Assembly: GCA_963708075.1 (NCBI GenBank)
Contig: OY970194.1
Span: 160,001 to 224,000, forward strand
Reading direction: 5' to 3'
DNA length: 64,000 nt
Origin: Sedimentisphaerales bacterium
GTDB taxonomy: Bacteria > Planctomycetota > Phycisphaerae > Sedimentisphaerales > Anaerobacaceae
Positions 39,479 to 49,440 of the stretch are shown here, piece by piece. Numbering within the stretch: position 1 is the first letter of the stretch; each line of letters opens with the position of its first letter. The notes under the pieces are model-generated. The model made no database searches and was not told the origin of the DNA. It saw nothing but the letters and a program-made list of their open reading frames with translations. The position numbers were made by a program, and so were the translations under genes.

Positions 39479-41719
39479 CTATGGCTGCTTGTCGCGCTCC
39501 CAACTCAGTCGCGGATAGTCTTGCCCCTCCAGAATCGACCACATATCCTCCGTTCCATTTCGTGTTTCATCCACAAAATCCCATCCGGCGTCGAGGAACG
39601 TTGCGGCTACTTTCATCTCTGACGTGGTCCTGCCGATACCGCCGGCGCTGCTCTGTTGACCACTAGTTTGGATATCCCAGAAGCATGCTGTGACTGTGCC
39701 AAGATCATTCCTTCCCACAAGACCGCCGCAATCGGTCTTCCCTAAAACCCGCCCGGCAGAATAGCAATTAACGATTGTGTTGTCGCTGGATGATGCACGT
39801 CCCACCAGCCCGCCGACCCTGCCGTCTGCGGAGACACTGCCCGTGGCGTAACAATCCTTGCATGCACCAGAATTTATTCCTGCCAAACCTCCCACTTCGA
39901 GTTGCCCGCTCGCATCGCCGTCTGCGTGGCAGTCAGAAAGCATTGCCGAATAGCCGTTCATACCTACCAGCCCACCGATGGCCGTTTGTCCCGCGACGAT
40001 AGTATTGGAACTGCAGTTCACGAGACGGGCCAGAATCACACCCGCTCCATTGAAGGGCGTGCCATTTTGACCGACCAAGCCTCCGACAATGGCTCTGCCG
40101 GAAACGCGGCCTCCCTCCACGTGACAGTTGCGAAGTGTTCCTCGCCACATCCGGCCTGCGAGGGAACCGACGTTCTTCGTCTTGGCGCCACCGACCATCG
40201 GGTCCACCAGTCTGACATTTCGCACCTCCGCAGCATCACCCGTGACGATACCGAACAGTCCTATGTCTTGCGATTCGACGCCCACGCAGGTGAGGTTTGA
40301 GATAGTGAAGTTCCCTCCATCGAACACGCCCTCAAACGCATATTCGTTGTTGCCTATTGGATAGAAATGCACACCACTGAGATCGATATCATCGATCACT
40401 TTGAGATGGGCACCCATCAGTCTTGGATTGTGCCCGATGCTGTTCAACTGCTCTGCGGTTGCGATCAGGTAGGGGTCGCCCGCGGTGCCTGTCCCGCCGG
40501 AAAATGCGAGTTTCGGCGGTTCCGGAAGCTGCCACCAAAGGATCGGATAACCTCCGCCGGCGGGCTCGGCCCAAACGTCGCCCGGGCCATCGGACTTGCC
40601 CACGAAATTCCACCCTGCGGCCATGAACATGTTGGGATCTCGCATCTCCGCTGTGGTCTTGCCCGTGAGTATCGTCACTTGGTCCTGCGAATCGAAGATC
40701 TCGGCATGCCAGAAGGAGGCCGTGACTCTCATTTCGATATCCGTAGGCGCGCCGACGAATCCTCCTGCATACCTTCTCCCGGTGATGCGAGCAACCGAGT
40801 AGCAGTTGGTGATGGCAAACATCCCGCCGTATCCTAACAGTCCGCCGACACGTTCGTCGCCTGTCACGTCACCCACGAAATAGCAGTTGATGAACATGCT
40901 GCTACCGGGGAATCCTGCCGTGCCGACGAGGCCGCCGACCTTGTCCTTGCCTGTCACTTCGCACGCGGCAAAGCACCGGTCAAATAAACCAAACGAGCTG
41001 TCGCCCACAAGGCCCCCGGCGATGGAGAACTCTGCCGACACATGCCCAGTGCACGAGCAATCTCGAATCGTTACGTATGCTTCATCGCCCGGCTGCATAA
41101 AACCGCTTCTTCCGACCAAGCCTCCGACGTTTCCCCAGCGACCATGGACATCCGTATTCTCCGCATGGCAGTTGATGAGATTCCCTTGCCTGAGATATCC
41201 TACCAGTGATCCCGTGTTTTCTCCCGTGTATATGTCAATCCGAGGGGCGATGAGTCTCACGTTGCGGATCTCTGCATTGGGGTCAGCCACCGTTCCGAAT
41301 AGTCCGACATCCCCACGTACTGGTGACGTATAAACGAAGTTGAATATGGTGTGATCATCGCCATCGAAGACGCCTCTGAACGGGCCAATTGGATTGGCGT
41401 CGTCTGCCGCACGTATAGACCGATCGTCGGATGCAGCGAGGGTGCCTCTGGTGTGGACTTCCTGGGCGGTGCCTATGATATTGAACGGGACACCTCCGAG
41501 GCTCGCCAGGTCGATGTCCGCCATGAGTCTGAAGTGCTTGTCCCAGTCGCCGGGATTGGTGCCGATGGCGTTCATTTGCTCAGCGGTGTAGATCAGATAA
41601 GGATCGTTAGGATCGCCGGTACCGCCGCCATATTTCGCGTGGGCAGGGATGGCGGGAAGGCCGAACACGATGAGTATAAGAGCCGTTTTCAGGACACAAA
41701 AGCCTCTCGTTGCTGCCAT
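39479..41719 (-). CDS. Secreted GLUG-motif repeat protein with two tandem modules
   Basis: Signal peptide; GGTG..DPYLI.TAEQ.N.IG twice; many GGLVG motifs; AGWDF/AGWNF and YP.L at module ends. Confidence 0.85.
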   Translation of the reverse strand: MAATRGFCVLKTALILIVFGLPAIPAHAKYGGGTGDPNDPYLIYTAEQMNAIGTNPGDWDKHFRLMADIDLASLGGVPFNIIGTAQEVHTRGTLAASDDRSIRAADDANPIGPFRGVFDGDDHTIFNFVYTSPVRGDVGLFGTVADPNAEIRNVRLIAPRIDIYTGENTGSLVGYLRQGNLINCHAENTDVHGRWGNVGGLVGRSGFMQPGDEAYVTIRDCSCTGHVSAEFSIAGGLVGDSSFGLFDRCFAACEVTGKDKVGGLVGTAGFPGSSMFINCYFVGDVTGDERVGGLLGYGGMFAITNCYSVARITGRRYAGGFVGAPTDIEMRVTASFWHAEIFDSQDQVTILTGKTTAEMRDPNMFMAAGWNFVGKSDGPGDVWAEPAGGGYPILWWQLPEPPKLAFSGGTGTAGDPYLIATAEQLNSIGHNPRLMGAHLKVIDDIDLSGVHFYPIGNNEYAFEGVFDGGNFTISNLTCVGVESQDIGLFGIVTGDAAEVRNVRLVDPMVGGAKTKNVGSLAGRMWRGTLRNCHVEGGRVSGRAIVGGLVGQNGTPFNGAGVILARLVNCSSNTIVAGQTAIGGLVGMNGYSAMLSDCHADGDASGQLEVGGLAGINSGACKDCYATGSVSADGRVGGLVGRASSSDNTIVNCYSAGRVLGKTDCGGLVGRNDLGTVTACFWDIQTSGQQSSAGGIGRTTSEMKVAATFLDAGWDFVDETRNGTEDMWSILEGQDYPRLSWERDKQP

Positions 41720-41864
41720 GGTTGATCTCCCTTCCTTTCCTCGATCCTGGCTCGACTGCCCGGGAACACAGACAGTATAGCAGATGAGGCGTGTCTGAGT
41801 CAATGGCGAGAGAAAACGCGGATAGTACGACTCAGCGAAAGGTCGTTGGAGTGCGTGCGCCTTT

Positions 41865-42749
41865 CTATGTTTTGCCTGCGGCGGGTTGTTTGGCTTTGGG
41901 GTCGCGGGGGGCGGGGGCGGTCTTGCCTCGGTAGACGATGGCGCCGGTGGGACACTTGTTGCAGGCGGCTTCGGTCTGGCCGGAGGGCTCGTATTTGGCG
42001 AAATCCAGGTGGGCGAAGTTGTCCTCGACCTTGAAAGCGTCGCACTGTTTGGCGCACAGGCCGCAGCCGATGCAGCCGACCTGGCAGAATTCCCGCGTCG
42101 GCCTGCCGCTCTCACGGCTGCTGCAGGCGACGACCATCATGTTCTCGTGGGCAAAGGGGACCATCCGGATCAGGTTTCGCGGGCAGGCCTTCGAGCAGGC
42201 GGCGCAGCCGGTGCACTTGCTGTAATCGACCGTGGCCAGACCATCGACGACGTGCAGAGCGCCGAACTTGCAGGCGCGGGTGCAATCGCCGAATGCAAGG
42301 CAGCCGAACTTGCAGGCCTGGGTATTGGCCAGCGCATTGACTGCGGTGCAGCTTTGTATGCCGTAGTAGTGACCGTGAAAGGTCCTGTCGCCCGTGTGAG
42401 CGCGGCAATGCACGACCGGCCGTAAGGGCGGGCCGGGATGGCTGATCTGGATGTTTAGAATCGCTGCGATCTTTGCCGCCACCTCGGGGCCTCCCGGAGC
42501 GCATTTGCCCAACAACTGCGGATCATTCCGGACCGCGGGGGCGTACTGCCCGCACCCTGCGAACCCGCATGCACCGCATTCCACATGAGGAAGGACCGCG
42601 TGAATCTGCTCGATCTGCGGGTCCACCTGCACTTTCAGTCTCTCGCTGGCGATCAACAGGACAATTGCAAAGGCCAGGCCAAGCCCCAGCATGATCAAAC
42701 CGGCGGGCCACGCGGCATTCCAGAGTTCCAGTATCGTAAGAAGGATCAT
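41865..42749 (-). CDS. rnfB: Rnf complex subunit B
   Basis: CGACGFAGC, CAPGG, multiple ferredoxin Cys motifs. Confidence 0.92.
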   Translation of the reverse strand: MILLTILELWNAAWPAGLIMLGLGLAFAIVLLIASERLKVQVDPQIEQIHAVLPHVECGACGFAGCGQYAPAVRNDPQLLGKCAPGGPEVAAKIAAILNIQISHPGPPLRPVVHCRAHTGDRTFHGHYYGIQSCTAVNALANTQACKFGCLAFGDCTRACKFGALHVVDGLATVDYSKCTGCAACSKACPRNLIRMVPFAHENMMVVACSSRESGRPTREFCQVGCIGCGLCAKQCDAFKVEDNFAHLDFAKYEPSGQTEAACNKCPTGAIVYRGKTAPAPRDPKAKQPAAGKT

Positions 42750-43336
42750 TTAATCATCCCAGCAAAACCCATGAACGCCAGCGTGAGCAGACCGGCCGTG
42801 ATCAACGTGATCGGGGCGCCCTGAAGGGCCTTGGGCACGTCGGCCAGAATCAACTCCTCGCGGATGGCGGCCATGATGCAAATCGCGACCGTAAAACCAA
42901 TCCCCGTTCCCGTACTAACCACGACGGCTTCGAGCAGATTGTTCGTGCCCCAGACGTCGAGAAACAGGCAAATCCCCAGAATCACGCAGTTCGTGGAGAT
43001 CAGAGGCAGGTAGATGCCGAACGCATCGTACAGGGAAGGGAAGAATTTCCGCACGTACATCTCCACAAGCTGCACGGCACCGGCGATGATGACGATGTAG
43101 CAGATGTAGCGGGTGACCTCCATGTGCAGCGGGATGAGCACGTAGGCGTCCACGAGCCAGGTCAAGGTGCCGCTCAGGGCGGTCACGAACGTGACGGCCA
43201 GACCCATGCCGAGGGCCCGATCCAGCCGGCCCGAGACGCCCAGGTACGGGCAGGTCCCCAGGAACTTCGTAAACACGAAGTTGTTCACGAGGACGACGGA
43301 CAGAAACCCCATGGCCAATGCGGTGAATCGGTCCAC
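42746..43336 (-). CDS. rnfA: Rnf complex subunit A
   Basis: NNFVF.KFLGTCPYLGVS, YLPLISTNC. Confidence 0.92.
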   Translation of the reverse strand: MDRFTALAMGFLSVVLVNNFVFTKFLGTCPYLGVSGRLDRALGMGLAVTFVTALSGTLTWLVDAYVLIPLHMEVTRYICYIVIIAGAVQLVEMYVRKFFPSLYDAFGIYLPLISTNCVILGICLFLDVWGTNNLLEAVVVSTGTGIGFTVAICIMAAIREELILADVPKALQGAPITLITAGLLTLAFMGFAGMIK

Positions 43337-43337
43337 C

Positions 43338-43961
43338 TTATGCCTCCTTCTTGCGAGTCAGGACGTTGATCAGGCCGAGGATCAGGCCGAGGGTGACGAA
43401 GGCGCCGATGGGCATCTGCATGGCCAGCCAGGGGACAAATGCCTTGGGCATCACCTGGATATCGAACAAGTGGCCGGTTGCGAGGACTTCGCGGACACCG
43501 GCAAGGATACACAACGCTATTGTGAAGCCCGCGCCCATGCCGATGCCGTCGAGTACGCTGACGAGCGGCCCGGATTTGCTGGCGCAGGCCTCGGCCCGAA
43601 AGATGATGATGCAGTTGACGATGATCAGCGGCACATACGCCCCAAGGATTTCGCTCATCTCTGGCTGGTAAGCCTTGAGGAACATATCGCAGATCGTGAC
43701 GAAGGTGGCGATCGTCACGGTGAACATGATGATCCGGAGGTGCGGCCGCAGGAGGTTTCGCATCAGGCTGACCACGAGGTTGCTGCAGACCAACACGAAG
43801 ATCACGCTGAGACCCATCGTCAGCGCGGGCTTGACGGCAGAGGTGACCGCCAGTGGCGGGCACATCCCGATCAACAGGCGAAACGTCGGATTCTCTCGCC
43901 ACAAGCCCGAAAAGAGCGCCGCGGAGTAGGGGCTGGAAATGGAACCGTTACTGGCCGACAT
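43338..43961 (-). CDS. rnfE: Rnf complex subunit E
   Basis: ENP, GMCPPLAVT, PLIIVNCII, RAE. Confidence 0.92.
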   Translation of the reverse strand: MSASNGSISSPYSAALFSGLWRENPTFRLLIGMCPPLAVTSAVKPALTMGLSVIFVLVCSNLVVSLMRNLLRPHLRIIMFTVTIATFVTICDMFLKAYQPEMSEILGAYVPLIIVNCIIIFRAEACASKSGPLVSVLDGIGMGAGFTIALCILAGVREVLATGHLFDIQVMPKAFVPWLAMQMPIGAFVTLGLILGLINVLTRKKEA

Positions 43962-44574
43962 TGCCGATCAGTCCTTTCTTCTGCATCTGGTCCTTGATCT
44001 GTGTCAGGAACGTGTTGACGATGTTCACGGCGGCCTGGCTGGTGACGGTGGCGCCGGTGATCGCCACGATCTGGGAATCGATGGCGGTGGGGCTGCCCGT
44101 CTTCACAAGGGTGAACCGTTCCGCCGGGGCGTTGATGAACTGGTTGCGGTAGAAGTCGGCTTTGATCTGGTCGCCGAACCCGGGTGTCTCGCTGCTCGCC
44201 AGGACGCTGAAGCCCATCATCTTCTGGAAGTCCTTGTCGGCGGCGATCACCAGCTCAATCGGGCCGGCAAAGCCCGTGCCACGGGCGTTGAAGCTCCAGC
44301 CGACGCGCTGCCCGTCGGCTGAGAATGCCTCAAAGATCATGGCCTTCTCCTTCGAGCCGTCGGGCAGTTGAACTTCGATATCCGCTTCGACCGGTTGGAA
44401 TCGTTCAGCCGCAGGCAGCAGGGCTTTTGTCAACATGTTGAGTTTAGCGATCCTGTTCTGCTCGATGCGGTCCGACAGGGCGGCATTCGTCACGGCGATC
44501 AGCAGGCCGAAAAAGAAGGCGCTGATCAGGAGCAGCCAACTCTGCTGGATGAAGTACTTGAGCTTAAACAGCAT
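43948..44574 (-). CDS. rnfG: Rnf complex subunit G
   Basis: ETPGFG, ITGATVTS FMN site; GGAGG RBS before ATG 44574. Confidence 0.9.
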   Translation of the reverse strand: MLFKLKYFIQQSWLLLISAFFFGLLIAVTNAALSDRIEQNRIAKLNMLTKALLPAAERFQPVEADIEVQLPDGSKEKAMIFEAFSADGQRVGWSFNARGTGFAGPIELVIAADKDFQKMMGFSVLASSETPGFGDQIKADFYRNQFINAPAERFTLVKTGSPTAIDSQIVAITGATVTSQAAVNIVNTFLTQIKDQMQKKGLIGNVGQ

Positions 44575-45583
44575 GCGGCACACCTCCAACCGGGACCGGC
44601 TTGACGAACCTGTCGATCAGCGGCCTGACACCGTTGGCCAGAAAGACAGCGTACATGACGCCTTCAGGGTATTCACCGACGATTCGGACGAGCATCGTGA
44701 AGACGCCGATGAGGATGCCGAAGATCCACTGGCCGCGAATGGTCATGGGCGCGGTCACCGGGTCCGTGGCGATAAAGAACGCGCCGAACAACAATGCCCC
44801 GCTGGTCAGATGGTAGACCGGCTGGACATACGCCTCCGAGTCCAGCAGATAGGCGATCCCGGCAAAGGCGAACGCGGAAGCCAGGACGGCCAGGGGTATG
44901 TGGATCGTAATGGTTCGCCGGATGAGCAGATACACGCCGCCGATGAGCAGCCCGATCACGCTGGTCTCGCCGAGACAGCCGGCCTTCTCGCCGAGCAGGC
45001 TCTGCCAGAGCGGCAGCCGCTCGTCGTATATCCAGGCGCCGGTCTTGTCCTTGATCGCGGTCTTGCTCCAGGCCAGCGGTGTGGCCTGCGTCCTTGCGTC
45101 AATCGCATTCGCAGGACTGACTGTCGGCATGGTCGTGTCGAGCGTCGCCGGCACCGTCCATGTCGTCATGAGGATGCCGAAGGAGGCCGTCAGAAACAAC
45201 CGGCCGGCCATCGCGGGATTGAAGATGTTGGCCCCGAGGCCGCCAAAGACCATCTTGCCGATGCCGATAGCGAAGACGGCGCCGATGGCCGCTGCCCAGA
45301 GCGGCAGGGCGGGCGGCAAGGACAAACCAAGGATGATGCCGGTCACTACGGCACTGAAGTCGCCGAGCGTATTCGGCTTCTTGCGAACCAGATTACAGAG
45401 CCATTCCGTGGCGGCGCACCATGCGACACACACGGCGATGACCGCTAGACCACGAATCCGGAAGAAGACTGCCGCGGCGATCACTGCGGGCATAAGGCCA
45501 ATGATCACATCGAGCATGATTCGCCGGGTCGAGAGCGGCCTGCGAATGTGCGGGGCGAATGTAACCGTAATATCCTGGGGCAT
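44564..45583 (-). CDS. rnfD: Rnf complex subunit D
   Basis: FGGLGANIFNPA, ATPL FMN Thr, GETS, FIATDPVT, YPEGV. Confidence 0.92.
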   Translation of the reverse strand: MPQDITVTFAPHIRRPLSTRRIMLDVIIGLMPAVIAAAVFFRIRGLAVIAVCVAWCAATEWLCNLVRKKPNTLGDFSAVVTGIILGLSLPPALPLWAAAIGAVFAIGIGKMVFGGLGANIFNPAMAGRLFLTASFGILMTTWTVPATLDTTMPTVSPANAIDARTQATPLAWSKTAIKDKTGAWIYDERLPLWQSLLGEKAGCLGETSVIGLLIGGVYLLIRRTITIHIPLAVLASAFAFAGIAYLLDSEAYVQPVYHLTSGALLFGAFFIATDPVTAPMTIRGQWIFGILIGVFTMLVRIVGEYPEGVMYAVFLANGVRPLIDRFVKPVPVGGVPHAV

Positions 45584-45626
45584 CGATTGGGTCCTTGGTC
45601 ATCCTGCGTCACGGGACTGGACAAAA

Positions 45627-46988
45627 TCACATCGGCATTTTCTTCCTTTGCCGGGCGCGGAGTATTTTGCCGGTTCGGATGTAGCCGGTCAGATCGATCT
45701 TGGCCGGGCAGGCGTAGCTGCAGCAGCCGCACTCGATACAGGCGCTGATGTAGTAGCTCTCCGCCACGTCCATCAGGTTATTTTTCACCGCGTGCGCGAT
45801 CCGGGTGGGGTTGAGATTCTCCGGGCACGCCTGGACGCATCGGCCACAACGGATGCAGGTTGTCTGCGTCCGGTCGAGCCCGGCGGCGCTGACTTGCTCC
45901 TTTGTCAACACCGTCACGGCCCCGCTGGCCTTGGCAATCGGCGTGCTCAGATCGGCGATGGCGATGCCCATCATGGGCCCGCCCATGATAACCTTGGCAG
46001 CCTGCTCCGTGAGAACCGCCGCAGTGGCCGATCAGGGCCTCGACAGAGGTTCCCAGTGGCACATAGTAGTTGCCGGGACTGGTGATGGCCTCGCCGGTAA
46101 CGGTGACGACACGATGGGTGAGTGGCCGGCCATAAAGGACTGCATCCGCAATCGCCGCCGCCGTGGCCACGTTATCGACTACCACGCCGATAGCCGGAGG
46201 GATGCCGCCGGTCGGCACGACCTTGTTCAGGACGGCCCGAATGAGTTGCCGCTCACCGCCCTGCGGGTACTTCGTCTTGACAGGGACAACTCGGACGCTC
46301 CCCGCCAGACCCATCGCCTCCAGCGCAGCGTTCATCTTCTCGATGGCCTTAGGCTTGTTGTCCTCGATGGCGATGAAGACGTTGGAGGCGCCGCAGGCTC
46401 TTTGGGCCAGTCGCATTCCGGCGACGATCTGCTCCGTCCATTCGAGCATGAGGCGATAGTCGCACGTGATGTACGGCTCGCACTCGCAGCCGTTGATGAT
46501 CAATGTATGCTTGGGGACTTTCGCGTCGGGCTGGATCTTGACGCTCGTCGGAAATCCAGCGCCGCCCATGCCGACGATCCCCGCTTCCCGCACGGCGTCA
46601 CAGATCTGCTCCGGCGTATACTTGGCCGGGTCGAAGTTCTGCGGCACCGAGAAAGCGGGAAGACTCGGCTCAGCCGCAGATTCCGCCTCGATCATCACGG
46701 CGAGGCTGCGCCCGAGCACCGGGTGTGATCGCAAGGCAATTTCTTTCACTTTCCCCGCGACCGGCGCGTGGACCGGGCGCAGATGAACCCCTGGCACTGG
46801 CCGATCTTCTGCCCGGCCTGCACCACGTCGCCTTTCTTGACGGTCGGCTGGGCGGCGGCCCCAATGTGCTGGCTGAGGAACACGGCCAGTTCTTTCACGG
46901 CCGGTCCAGGCTGAATCTGCCTGTCCGCCGTCAGATGCTTACTCTCCGGAGGATGCACTCCTCCGGCAAATGATGCTTTCTTGCCCAT
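45627..46988 (-). CDS. rnfC: Rnf complex subunit C, split by frameshifts near 46776 and 46014
   Basis: GGVHP, QHIGA, GMGGAGFPT, ECEPYIT, KYPQGGE, GGPMMG, CIRCGRC, CIECGCC across three frames. Confidence 0.9.
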
Positions 46989-47018
46989 GGTCGAAATCAC
47001 ACCAATCCATTCCGGATA

Positions 47019-47309
47019 CTACTTTGCCCGATGATGTCGCTTGATCGCTGTGCTGACAACCAGCACAAGGACGGCAGAGGCAGCCAGAGCCATCACACAC
47101 GCGAGCGGCGTCTCGTACCGCGGGGCTACAATGCCATCCAGAAGCGCGCCGCATAGAGCCAGCGTACCCGCGAAGACGGCTATCGGCAGCAGAAACGCAG
47201 CGATGGCCTTGAGGGTTACCGAAGGCCCCTCGGCCTTTCCAAGCTGCTCGTAAGCCTTCGCACACGTGTGCGCCTCACTGCAACCCTTGCAGATCTCCGG
47301 CTGTTCCAT
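47019..47309 (-). CDS. Small RseC/MucC-like membrane protein
   Basis: CKGC....C motif, AFLLP, two TM helices; first gene of the rnf operon. Confidence 0.65.
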   Translation of the reverse strand: MEQPEICKGCSEAHTCAKAYEQLGKAEGPSVTLKAIAAFLLPIAVFAGTLALCGALLDGIVAPRYETPLACVMALAASAVLVLVVSTAIKRHHRAK

Positions 47310-47339
47310 GATTTTCACTACCACACGCAGAAAGGGAGA

Positions 47340-47367
47340 ATTATAATCTGGCCCCAACGTTTTTCAA
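47340..47367 (-). promoter_or_regulatory. sigma70 promoter of the rseC-rnf operon
   Basis: TTGAAA, 16 nt, TATAAT on the minus strand. Confidence 0.55.
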
Positions 47368-47397
47368 CATAGAGTTTCGGGAATATGGAATACCGTT

Positions 47398-48282
47398 ATG
47401 CCGAATAGAGTGATCCTGCTTGCCCTGGCGGGAGCATTGGCTCTTTCAGCGGGTTGCGCCGTCAATCCTGTTACGGGCGACGAGGAGCTGATGTTCTTCC
47501 CGCCGGAGGATGATGTGAAATTGGGCCGGCAATACGCGGGTCCTATCGAGAAGGAGTTGGGCGGCCGAATCGCGGACGAGAACCTGCAACGCTACGTCAA
47601 TGATGTGGGGCAGAAGATGGCCCGCGTCTGCCATCAGCCGGACATCTCATATCACTTCACCGCGGTTGAGGACAAGATGATCAATGCTTTCGCCTTGCCC
47701 GGCGGCTATGTCTTTATCACGCGCGGGCTGCTGAAGGAGATGAAGACGGAAGGGCAATTGGCCTCGGTGCTGGCCCATGAGGTCGGGCACGTGGTCGCCC
47801 GGGACACCATGGCCGCGCTGAGCCGCCAGCTCAGCATGGCGGCGCTGGTGGTGGGAGCCCACGTCAGCGGCGCGCCCGGCAGGGTGACTCGTGCGGCGGA
47901 TTTCATGACCGCCATGCTGTCTTTGCAGTATAGCCGAGATGATGAACGAGAGGCGGATATGACGGGTCTGTCCTATATGACAGGGGCCGGTTACGATCCG
48001 AATAGCATGGTCGAGATGATGCAAGTCCTCGATGAACTGCAGACGGTGCGGCCGATTGAGTTCTTCTCCACCCACCCGAATCCGGAAAGCCGCATCACCT
48101 ACATCAAAGAGAAGATCGCCACACGGTACTGCGGGCTAGGCACGCTCAAGAGAGGCCAGCAGGAATACGAAGAGGCTGTCCTGTCCAAGTTGAAAAGGCA
48201 CAGGAACGTGAATGCTGCCACTCCGGATCTGCCGGAGGCTGTCTCTGATCCAGCAGGCACACCGGAAAAGACCGGCCCATGA
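47398..48282 (+). CDS. M48-family metallopeptidase lipoprotein
   Basis: SAGC lipobox, NAFALPGG, HEVGH, YSRDDEREAD, STHP. Confidence 0.9.
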   Translation: MPNRVILLALAGALALSAGCAVNPVTGDEELMFFPPEDDVKLGRQYAGPIEKELGGRIADENLQRYVNDVGQKMARVCHQPDISYHFTAVEDKMINAFALPGGYVFITRGLLKEMKTEGQLASVLAHEVGHVVARDTMAALSRQLSMAALVVGAHVSGAPGRVTRAADFMTAMLSLQYSRDDEREADMTGLSYMTGAGYDPNSMVEMMQVLDELQTVRPIEFFSTHPNPESRITYIKEKIATRYCGLGTLKRGQQEYEEAVLSKLKRHRNVNAATPDLPEAVSDPAGTPEKTGP

Positions 48283-48284
48283 GG

Positions 48285-48460
48285 GTGTGGTCGGAATACG
48301 GTGGCAATCGGCGAGCCTCTTCGTAGGTCGTGCGTCCCCGCACGACCAGTCCGGGCCCTTGCAACGGACTGGATACCGTACAAGGCCACAGCCGAAAGAG
48401 GACGAGCGAGGACGCTCGTCTTACGCGGAGCCCCGAATCCGCCACCGAATGGCGGCCGCA
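48285..48460. repeat. Short composite REP element
   Basis: Ends GTGTGGTCGGAATACGGTGGC / GCCACCGAATGGCGGCCGCA; inner hairpins at 48323-48347 and 48401-48424. Confidence 0.7.
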
Positions 48461-48472
48461 TCCCCCCTGTGG

Positions 48473-48866
48473 GTGTGGTCGGAATTCGGTGGCGGCGTGT
48501 AGCCGCCGTGTGCGGACTGCGCCTCTTTCGTCCCTTACGGGACTGGCTTTTGTCCTCGGCCCCGGTTCCCCAGCGATAAATCGCTGGGCTATTCTCTATC
48601 GCCCTTCGGGCTTGAACTGCGCCCGGACGGGTTGATCATTATCCCGCAGGCGTTGCGGCTATTGGCTATCGCCCTGCGGGCTTGGACTTCGCTCCAGTCC
48701 TCTTGCGTCGGCCCGTCCGCCCCGCGGGGGCGATCGACACTAGCCCACCGTTTCAACGGTGGGTACGATAGTCAATCCTATCTCAAAGCCCCGTAGGGGC
48801 GAAAGAAGACTGGGCTGCGCTCTTGTGTCGGGTGCAAACCGAATCCGCCACCGAAGGCCGACCGCA
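48473..48866. repeat. Composite palindromic element, copy 1
   Basis: Palindromes GTCCCTTACGGGAC, CCCAGCGATAAATCGCTGGG, CCCACCGTTTCAACGGTGGG, GCCCCGTAGGGGC; homologous to 55554-55840 and 60777-61103. Confidence 0.88.
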
Positions 48867-48906
48867 GTCGCCCATGACGGCCGGTTTCCTCGCATCGCGA
48901 GTGTGA

Positions 48907-49320
48907 TCAGCCTTGCCCCGCCTGGCGAGCCTTGCGGGTGTCTTCCACCTTGCTGTGCTTGCACTTGGGGCACCGATCCGGGAAGTCATTCGGGACGGAG
49001 CCGGCGATGAAGATCTCGTTGCAGTTGGCGCATTTCTCTGCCAGGAAGGCCGCATTCTTGGAGCACTTCTGGCACGTCAGGGGCGGGGTGAGCATCATAG
49101 CTGCTGCGCTGGCCGCGGCCTTCTCGCTGATGTCCTTGTAGTACTGCTTTCGGCTCATCTCAAAGGACGCATTGCAGGACCGGCACTTCATCCAGACCTG
49201 CTCCGTGTCGCTGATGGAGTTGATGCCCGCGCTGCCGCCGCCGGACCGGGTCTTGACAAACACGAGCACAGCCACAAGGATGCAAGCCGCGATGATGATG
49301 GCGTAGATGGTGTTCTTCAT
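48907..49320 (-). CDS. Membrane-anchored protein with four CxxC motifs (double Zn ribbon)
   Basis: N-terminal TM helix; CRSC, CQKC, CANC, CPKC; GGGAGG RBS. Confidence 0.8.
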   Translation of the reverse strand: MKNTIYAIIIAACILVAVLVFVKTRSGGGSAGINSISDTEQVWMKCRSCNASFEMSRKQYYKDISEKAAASAAAMMLTPPLTCQKCSKNAAFLAEKCANCNEIFIAGSVPNDFPDRCPKCKHSKVEDTRKARQAGQG

Positions 49321-49440
49321 GGCTCAAAACCTCCCGAACAGTCAAATCAGTCTTTGTGATGCAGCTCTGTGGATGTCGAACGCGGACCCAAGTACGCATA
49401 CATCACTGAGGGTGAACGATACCGCCGGGCCCTTGTGATG

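Noticed and set aside
41720..42115. N-terminal extension of the GLUG ORF (similar extensions at 27338, 17216, 19063, 1809)
   Set aside because: They overlap neighbouring genes or promoters; better starts with an RBS or signal peptide lie downstream
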